DNA from: Flavobacteriales bacterium
GTDB lineage: Bacteria; Bacteroidota; Bacteroidia; Flavobacteriales; BACL11
NCBI GenBank assembly: GCA_014381465.1
Contig: JACNLP010000042.1
Span: 40 to 64,039, forward strand
Length of the DNA stretch: 64,000 bases
Reading direction: 5' to 3'
Position numbers and translations under genes: made by a program. This document shows positions 57,405 to 64,000 of this stretch, piece by piece. Below the pieces are notes generated by a model. The model had not been told where the DNA came from, ran no database searches, and saw only the letters and a program-made list of their open reading frames with translations. Position 1 is the stretch's first letter. Every line of letters starts with the position of its first letter.

Positions 57405-58546
57405 AAAAACTGTATTATTTTATAAACTCATTTTTCTTTTTTGTTAGGAATGTATTTATCAAAAATACATATCAAATTATATTTTATGCTCCTAGTCATT
57501 TTAATAGAACAGAAGGTGCAGAAAATCCTTTTTTTAATGGGCTATTAGAAATTTGTAATGACTGTAATATTAGTTATTTGTACTTTGAAGAACCAGATAT
57601 TTACACTAATCAAAAAAGATCAAGTTCAGCAATTCCTTTTGATTTTATTTATTATTTAATTATTTTCTTACGCAAGTTTATGGGCTCTGAGATGTCATTT
57701 GTTGAGAAAGATAAAAAGATAGGTAGATTTCTAAAAAAAATATTTTTTAGGAAATTAAGTTTTGAAAATTATATTACAATTTCTCAAAGTATGCTCAGTT
57801 TTTTTAATGGAGTTGATTCAAATGCAAAATTATTTGATTTACAACATGGAACAATTCATGCAGATAAGGAAAATTATCTTGTAGATGGAAAAGTTGCCGA
57901 AAATTTAAAAGAGAATAATTCGCACCTTTTATTAAGTGGAAATGCTTACAAAGAGCTACTAACGAAAAACGAAAATGGTAATTATTTTCAAAATCATATA
58001 GAAGTAATAGGCACATCAACATTTGCTGAAGTTAAAGAAAAATCAGTTAAAATAAATAAAAATGTTTTGGTTTCATTACAATTTACTCATGACCATTCTG
58101 ATATAGAAAATCAGCAAATTGCAGATAGTTTAGAGCAACTAATAAAAAAGGAAGATACCTTTCATTTTTATTTAAGAAATCACCCCAGATTTAATAATGA
58201 AATTGATTTAAATAGATTTCTATCTCTACCAAATGTTTCGTTAATTTCAGGGAAATTGCAAGAGAATTTTTCTAAATGTTCGCTCCACCTCACTTCATAT
58301 TCAACCACAGCTTTTGAAGCTGCACTGCAAGGAATCCCATCTTGTTTCTTACCCATAAAATCCAAGAAGTTTGATATTTTTAATTCACAATACAGTTATC
58401 CTTTTTATAATTTATCACTAACAGAGTTACATACTAATTATCCGGATTTTTATAATCAGGTAAAAAGCTGGGCAAACAATTTTTATCAACCACTAAATGA
58501 AAATAATTTTTTAGCATCTTTACAAAATGCAAAACAAGAAGACTAA
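57401..58546 (+). CDS. hypothetical GT-B-like transferase (candidate nonulosonic-acid transferase)
   Basis: No clear family. YLRNHPRF (an HP motif) followed by HLTSYSTTAFEAALQGIPSCF, resembling the C-half of bacterial sialyl/capsule transferases. Confidence 0.35.
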   Translation: MKKLYYFINSFFFFVRNVFIKNTYQIIFYAPSHFNRTEGAENPFFNGLLEICNDCNISYLYFEEPDIYTNQKRSSSAIPFDFIYYLIIFLRKFMGSEMSFVEKDKKIGRFLKKIFFRKLSFENYITISQSMLSFFNGVDSNAKLFDLQHGTIHADKENYLVDGKVAENLKENNSHLLLSGNAYKELLTKNENGNYFQNHIEVIGTSTFAEVKEKSVKINKNVLVSLQFTHDHSDIENQQIADSLEQLIKKEDTFHFYLRNHPRFNNEIDLNRFLSLPNVSLISGKLQENFSKCSLHLTSYSTTAFEAALQGIPSCFLPIKSKKFDIFNSQYSYPFYNLSLTELHTNYPDFYNQVKSWANNFYQPLNENNFLASLQNAKQED

Positions 58547-59558
58547 AATATTTCTAGGAGCTTACCTGAATTATACCAATGCTCAGAATTTGAATTGTTT
58601 GGCGCTTGCAAAAAATTTGAATAAAGAAAAATTTGAAGTGTATGCTCTTACATGTCATTTTGGCGATAAAATAGAAATTGATGTAAACTTATTTAATTGT
58701 TTTAAACCATTTATAATATCTCGAATTTTTGGTCTTATCTGGGGAATTTTTAAATGTGATGTTGCCTATTTACCTAATCATTATATTCCTAATTGGGTTT
58801 TGCGGTTGGCTAAAGTTTTAGGCAAAAAAACTTTTACCACTATAGAAGCAAATATGTGCGATAGATCTAAGAGAAATATCTTAGATTATCTGGGTGGTGA
58901 GCAGAGTTTTAAAAAACATTTTAATTTAATTCCTAATATATTTGGAATTACTAAGGATATTATTTCAAAAGCTAATTGTGGTGTACAATTAGAAAAAAAA
59001 CCACTTTATCTTGGTGTTGATTGCACTAATTTCACCCCAAAAGTAAAACAAAAATTAAATAATATAGTATATGTTGGTCGTTTAGTAAAAAGTAAAGATG
59101 TTATAGAAATTTTGTCTTTGGCGGATATTTTTTCTAATATAAACTTTCATCTTGTTGGACAGGGTAATTTAAGAACTGAACTATTAAAAAAGGCCACTAC
59201 TAATGTGAAGTTTTATGGCTTACTTAATCATAATGAATTAAATGATTTATTCTTAGAAATGGATTTACATTTTCTTCCTTCAAAATCAGAAGGGTTTCCT
59301 AAGGTTATTTTGGAAACTGCAGCAGCAGGAATTCCTTCAATAGTTTATGCTGATTATGGTGCAAAAGAGTGGATTTCTCATTCGAATAATGGATTTGTAA
59401 TAAATGAGTTTGAGCAAATAGTTGAGATAGTAAAAGAGTTGCAAAAAAACAAGAATTTACTTAAAGAAAACTCAAAAGCTGCCATACTATTATCTGAAAA
59501 ATTTGATTGGAGAATAATGATAAAAGATTGGGAAAATCAAATCTTGAATCTGAAATAA
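58527..59558 (+). CDS. glycosyltransferase family 4 (GT-B, Glycos_transf_1)
   Basis: PSKSEGFPKVILETAAAGIPSIV (E-x7-E region). Confidence 0.75.
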   Translation: MQNKKTKIFLGAYLNYTNAQNLNCLALAKNLNKEKFEVYALTCHFGDKIEIDVNLFNCFKPFIISRIFGLIWGIFKCDVAYLPNHYIPNWVLRLAKVLGKKTFTTIEANMCDRSKRNILDYLGGEQSFKKHFNLIPNIFGITKDIISKANCGVQLEKKPLYLGVDCTNFTPKVKQKLNNIVYVGRLVKSKDVIEILSLADIFSNINFHLVGQGNLRTELLKKATTNVKFYGLLNHNELNDLFLEMDLHFLPSKSEGFPKVILETAAAGIPSIVYADYGAKEWISHSNNGFVINEFEQIVEIVKELQKNKNLLKENSKAAILLSEKFDWRIMIKDWENQILNLK

Positions 59559-59561
59559 TAA

Positions 59562-60710
59562 ATGAGCGAACAAAAAAACACATATCTTGTTATTACACCA
59601 TTTTTTCCTTCTTACGAAAATCATAATGGGAGTTATGTTTTTGACCAGATAAAAGAAATAAAAAAACAAACTAGTTTTAATATAGAGATTATAAAAGTAG
59701 TTTCATTATTTTCCTCTGAAAAAGATTATGAATTTCAAGGGTTTCAAGTTAAGATATTTAAAACTTTTGATTTTCCTTTTTTTATTTTTCCGGGGGCTTT
59801 TAGTTTTATTAATAAAAAAAGAATTGTATCTTTTTTAAAATTTAAAACCATTAAAAATATTGCGTTTGTTCATGCACATGTTACTTATCCTTGTGCCTAT
59901 TTAGCAAATTCAATTAGTTCAAAGTTAAAAATTAAAACTTTTATTCAACATCATGGCTTAGATGTACTTCAATTATTAAATGGAAGAAATTATTTTTTAA
60001 GAAAAATATGGAAGAAATATTTTATTAGAAAGAGTATTTCTCAATTAAATAATATTGATGTAAATATTGGTGTTTCTAATAAAGTGCTTAATGAGTTACA
60101 ACAGTTTGATAGTTACAACCCTATATCAGAATATGTACTTTATAATGGAGTGGATATTTCAAAATTTTTTCCTAAAAAAAGGCAAGAAAGCAATAGTTTT
60201 AAAATTGGCTGTGTTGCAAATTTTTGGAAAATAAAAGATCATATTTTATTAATAAAAGCAGTAGAAATCTTAGCAGCAGAGGGTTTAGATATTAAGCTAA
60301 GATTGATAGGAACAGGACCTACCTTCTCTAAGTGCTTTAATTATGTGAAAAATAATAATTTACAGCAGAGTATTACTTTTGAAAAGGAAAGAAGCCATGA
60401 AGGATTAAATGATTTTTACAATGAGATTGATTTGTTTGTTTTACCATCTTATTATGAAGCTTTGGGCTGTGTTTATTTAGAATCTTGGGCTACTAATACC
60501 CCTTTTATTGCTGTGCAAGGGCAAGGGATTGCAGAATTAGCCCCTGATAAAAAGAATATGCTTTTTGAAAAGAAAAACCTCAATTCATTGATAGAAAAAA
60601 TTAAGTATTTTACAAAAAACAAGATTCAAATTAAGTTTGATGAGAATTTGAAAATAGAAAATACTATTAGTGATTTTCTAAAATTAGAACAGTTTAAAAG
60701 TAATGATTAG
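59562..60710 (+). CDS. glycosyltransferase family 4 (GT-B, Glycos_transf_1)
   Basis: LPSYYEALGCVYLESWATNTPFIAV. Confidence 0.75.
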   Translation: MSEQKNTYLVITPFFPSYENHNGSYVFDQIKEIKKQTSFNIEIIKVVSLFSSEKDYEFQGFQVKIFKTFDFPFFIFPGAFSFINKKRIVSFLKFKTIKNIAFVHAHVTYPCAYLANSISSKLKIKTFIQHHGLDVLQLLNGRNYFLRKIWKKYFIRKSISQLNNIDVNIGVSNKVLNELQQFDSYNPISEYVLYNGVDISKFFPKKRQESNSFKIGCVANFWKIKDHILLIKAVEILAAEGLDIKLRLIGTGPTFSKCFNYVKNNNLQQSITFEKERSHEGLNDFYNEIDLFVLPSYYEALGCVYLESWATNTPFIAVQGQGIAELAPDKKNMLFEKKNLNSLIEKIKYFTKNKIQIKFDENLKIENTISDFLKLEQFKSND

Positions 60711-61377
60711 AAATGTGATAAATAAAATAAAGGAAAGGAGATTTGCAAAATCACAAGCATTTTTACTTGATCAAGAGGGTAGTTTGCTTAACGCTTTTTA
60801 TAAATCAAAAACTATTTTTATTCATATTCCTAAAACGGCAGGAACTTCATTAGTAAAAGCAGTTTTTGGTAATGTTAAAGGTGGAGGGCATAGAAAATGT
60901 TCTTTTTACAAATATATTTTAGCCGAAAATTTTGATGAGTATTTTAAATTTTGCTTTGTTAGAAACCCTTATAATAGATTATTCTCATCTTATAAATTTT
61001 TAGAAAAAGGTGGAATGAATATTCATGATAAAAGAGCGTTAGAAATATATTTAAGAAAATATAAGGATTTTGAAGATTTTGTACTAAATGGGTTAAATAA
61101 AAAAATAATGTTTGAGATTATGCATTTTATTCCTCAAACAGAATTTATTTGTGATAAGAACGGTAAGCTGCTTGTCGATTTTGTAGGTAGATTTGAGAAT
61201 TTAGAAAAAGATATAGAAATTTTATCAGGTTTATTACAGAAAAAGATAGATTTACCACATCTAAATAAAAACAAAAACAAACAAATACAGGGTGTTTACA
61301 CCATGAAGATGAAAGAAAAAGTAAAAAAACTGTATGCAAAAGATTTTGAGATTTTAGATTATTCAAAAGAATGTTAA
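60703..61377 (+). CDS. sulfotransferase family 2 protein
   Basis: IFIHIPKTAGTSL (PAPS 5'-phosphosulfate loop of Sulfotransfer_2) and FVRNPYNRLFSSY. Confidence 0.7.
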   Translation: MIRNVINKIKERRFAKSQAFLLDQEGSLLNAFYKSKTIFIHIPKTAGTSLVKAVFGNVKGGGHRKCSFYKYILAENFDEYFKFCFVRNPYNRLFSSYKFLEKGGMNIHDKRALEIYLRKYKDFEDFVLNGLNKKIMFEIMHFIPQTEFICDKNGKLLVDFVGRFENLEKDIEILSGLLQKKIDLPHLNKNKNKQIQGVYTMKMKEKVKKLYAKDFEILDYSKEC

Positions 61378-62828
61378 AGCTAATTATAAAACAAACTAAT
61401 TGGGGGATTGCAGGAGCAGTTTTCGGCTTTTCTATTGGCTTTTTTGTAAAGATATATCTGATTGATATTGTAGGGCTTTCGGCTTGGGGAAAGTATGTTT
61501 CTGCTCATACTTTTGCAACAGCTGCTGATGCTTTTCTATCTATAGGAATACCTTTTGTTTTAATTAAGTTTATTCCAAATTATCTAGAATCTAATAAAGA
61601 AAAGGCAAATCAGCTTATTAGAAAATGTTTGCGATATGCTACTAAAATATCAATTACTTTTCTTATTTTAATGTATTTTCTAGCTCCTTTTTTTGACAAC
61701 TATATTTATAAAGAAATAGATAGTTTTTCTTTAATTTTATTATTGGTGTCAATTCACGCTCCAATTTCTATTTTTACAGGGATAATCACTTCTTTATATC
61801 GCTCGGTTTTTAAAATAAAAGAAATAATAATTTATAGCACTTTTGTGGCTGTACCAATAAGGGCTTTGCTTACTTTTTTTATTTTCAAATACACAAATAA
61901 CATTATATATTTTGTAGGAATTGAATTATTTACAACAAGTTTAACAATGTTTTTGTTGTATTATTTCTTCAGTAAAAATGAAATGAATTTCACCTTAATA
62001 AAGTCAGAAGAAAAACAGAAAACAGAAGATAATGTAATCCAGTACGGAAAAAATATATATGCAAACTCAGTAGTGGTTTTTTTCGCAACACAATCATTGA
62101 GTTTGATATTAAGCATTATGCTTCCACCCAAACAAATAGGTATATATAGTATTTTATTAACTATTACAGGAATATCAATGTTTTTAATCATGAATCTTAA
62201 TAAAATATTTGCTCCTGCTATTGCTAAACTGTATGAAGAAAATAATATATCTGAGCTTAATGTTCTTTACAAAAAAACAACTTTTATTGTTAACTTACTT
62301 ACCGTTCCATTCTCCATTCTTATCATTATTTTTGCTAAGGATATTTTAAGTTTGTATGATAAAAGTGGAGAATTAGATAATTATGTAGTGTATTTATATG
62401 TGTTAATGGGTGCTAGAATTATTTCTCTATTAGCCGGTAGTTCTGGTACATTTATGATTATGGCTGGCCTAGAGAAAAGAGAACTGCAGATACAAAGTGT
62501 AAAGGCAATTCTAATTACTGTTTTGGCTTTGCTTTTTACTAATAAATTCGGATTGTCAGCAATAGTGTCCTTATTTATTTTTTTTATGTTTTTTGTTAAT
62601 GTGCTACAGCTTATTTTTATTAAAAAACATATAAACATTAGCCCCTTTAGTAATGATTTATATTTACTTATTTTAATATCAATTCCATTAGGGTATTTTG
62701 CAATTTCTTACAATTTTGACTTTCGTCTTTATCATTATTTTTTAATTCCCATTTTTGTGTATTTGCTTTATGGAGTTGTGTTTATAAAGCAAATAATAGC
62801 TGCTTATAAAGAAAATAAAAATGATTAA
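61371..62828 (+). CDS. wzx: Wzx-type oligosaccharide flippase (MOP superfamily)
   Basis: About 12-14 TM helices, size and position in the polysaccharide locus. Confidence 0.7.
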   Translation: MLKLIIKQTNWGIAGAVFGFSIGFFVKIYLIDIVGLSAWGKYVSAHTFATAADAFLSIGIPFVLIKFIPNYLESNKEKANQLIRKCLRYATKISITFLILMYFLAPFFDNYIYKEIDSFSLILLLVSIHAPISIFTGIITSLYRSVFKIKEIIIYSTFVAVPIRALLTFFIFKYTNNIIYFVGIELFTTSLTMFLLYYFFSKNEMNFTLIKSEEKQKTEDNVIQYGKNIYANSVVVFFATQSLSLILSIMLPPKQIGIYSILLTITGISMFLIMNLNKIFAPAIAKLYEENNISELNVLYKKTTFIVNLLTVPFSILIIIFAKDILSLYDKSGELDNYVVYLYVLMGARIISLLAGSSGTFMIMAGLEKRELQIQSVKAILITVLALLFTNKFGLSAIVSLFIFFMFFVNVLQLIFIKKHINISPFSNDLYLLILISIPLGYFAISYNFDFRLYHYFLIPIFVYLLYGVVFIKQIIAAYKENKND

Positions 62829-63960
62829 GTGGTTATTCAAATATGGTGTTGTTATTTACTTGTTAAATACAATATTATTATCTATCCAATTAACTTTTAG
62901 TATTGGGTATAATATTTTTTTGGGGATAATGGGGATATATATTATTCTACTTTTGATAAATCCAAAGCAAGTAAAATTGGTATTGCTAAATAAATCTTTT
63001 AATTTTTTATTATTTTTAACTGTTTTAAATTTTTTGTATTGGATTTTATTTGATGATATTACAAATGTCGAATCCTTAAAATATTTATTTGCTAGGGCTA
63101 TTCAATTTTCTATTATTCCACTATCTATTTATCATAATTTTGAGTATTATAAAGATAAGTTTTTTACCCATCTTATTTATATCGTATTTTTCATAATAGT
63201 TGCCGGATTATTTATAAATCCTTATCTTTTTGCTGGAAGATATGGAGGGCTTATTTGGAATCCAAATATGTTAGCTTCATTTACTACAATCGGCTTTGCA
63301 ATGCTATTTCTAAAAAGTGAAGAAAAAACAAACTTTGAATATTTTTTACTCTTTTTGTTTTTATTGATTTCATTAGCAACAGGGTCTAGAGGTGTTTTAG
63401 TAGGGATTTCTTTAGTTTTTGTATTAAGGTATGGTTTCTCAAGTCGAAATGTGATTTATGCTATTTTAAGTATAATCTTATACTTTTTAGTAATTAACTT
63501 AAATTTTGATACGAGTTTAAATCGTTTTAGTACTCAAAACTTAATGAATGATAGAACCTTGCAATATTATTATGCGTTTGAGACCTTTTTGCAAAAACCA
63601 TTCTCTGGATGGGGGCTTGATAAATATGCTTTTATTGATAAAAACTTAGTGCCTCATCATTTAAAAGGATATATTATTTCTGCTCATAATGGATATTTGG
63701 CAGTAATTGTTCAGTATGGCTTGATTTTTTCTGCTCTATTCTTTTTTATAGTTTTTAATAAAGCATCCTCAGTATTGTATTATTTTAGGAAACCAAAAGT
63801 AGGATATACTGTCATTTACTCTTTTTTGATAATTTATACATTATTAGCTTCAATTTACGAAACGCTTATGACGGGTATAAATGATTTTCACACTATAATG
63901 TTTTGGTTTGCTTTGGCTGTTCTTTCTTATTCAAAAATATCATCATCTAATGCAAATTAA
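62821..63960 (+). CDS. wzy: Wzy-type polymerase / O-antigen-ligase-like membrane protein
   Basis: Polytopic; Wzy_C-like SLATGSRGVLVGISL and a periplasmic loop with GWGLDKY. Confidence 0.65.
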   Translation: MIKWLFKYGVVIYLLNTILLSIQLTFSIGYNIFLGIMGIYIILLLINPKQVKLVLLNKSFNFLLFLTVLNFLYWILFDDITNVESLKYLFARAIQFSIIPLSIYHNFEYYKDKFFTHLIYIVFFIIVAGLFINPYLFAGRYGGLIWNPNMLASFTTIGFAMLFLKSEEKTNFEYFLLFLFLLISLATGSRGVLVGISLVFVLRYGFSSRNVIYAILSIILYFLVINLNFDTSLNRFSTQNLMNDRTLQYYYAFETFLQKPFSGWGLDKYAFIDKNLVPHHLKGYIISAHNGYLAVIVQYGLIFSALFFFIVFNKASSVLYYFRKPKVGYTVIYSFLIIYTLLASIYETLMTGINDFHTIMFWFALAVLSYSKISSSNAN

Positions 63961-64000
63961 TGTTATTAAAAATATCAATGACTTTAATGCTATAAAACCC
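63950..64000 (+). CDS. 5' end of a further locus gene (truncated by window edge)
   Basis: ATG 63950 overlaps the wzy-like 3' end and reads MQINVIKNINDFNAIKP with no stop before base 64000. Too short to assign. Confidence 0.3.
   Translation, partial: MQINVIKNINDFNAIKP

Noticed and set aside
1-64000. tRNA, rRNA, tmRNA, RNase P or riboswitch genes
   Set aside because: Reading the intergenic regions, I saw no cloverleaf-compatible segments (no GTTCGAATC-type T-arm) and no conserved rRNA blocks. I cannot exclude small ncRNAs without covariance-model searches.

Overview
This is a 64-kb chromosomal segment from an AT-rich Bacteroidota, probably Flavobacteriia-like. That placement is an inference from T9SS C-terminal domains, TAnnTTTG promoter boxes, a fused BCKDH E1 alpha/beta gene and overall gene content. 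I count about 58 protein genes and recognise no rRNA, tRNA, CRISPR array, integrase or transposase by eye. Most of the window is housekeeping: thrS-infC-rpmI-rplT, recA, nth, lpxB, surE, lolA-like/ftsK, argS, ffh, comEC, rlmF, phnA, ftcD-hutI, aroC, rplS-trmD and BCKDH E1. Three regions are not ordinary. (1) aroC (29531..31162) is interrupted in frame by a 567-bp G+C-rich cassette (30331..30897) bounded by inverted repeats. The cassette encodes an apparently intact DUF559/Vsr-like endonuclease domain, making it a candidate new kind of selfish or homing cassette inside a biosynthetic gene. A solo copy of its terminus sits at 10013..10096. (2) An insertion-like island of about 3.1 kb (9987..13110) carries a translationally coupled EcoRI-family adenine methyltransferase, a DUF262-HNH nuclease and an orphan ORF. 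It is bracketed by heptamer microsatellites on the left and a 21-bp-phased iteron-like array on the right. (3) A Wza/Wzc/Wzx/Wzy polysaccharide locus (50137 to the window end) combines a nonulosonic-acid pathway (NeuB-like plus a NeuA-HAD fusion) with two unrelated sulfotransferases, which suggests a sulfated sialic/KDN-type polymer. All functional calls come from reading the translated ORFs for family motifs; no database search was possible.
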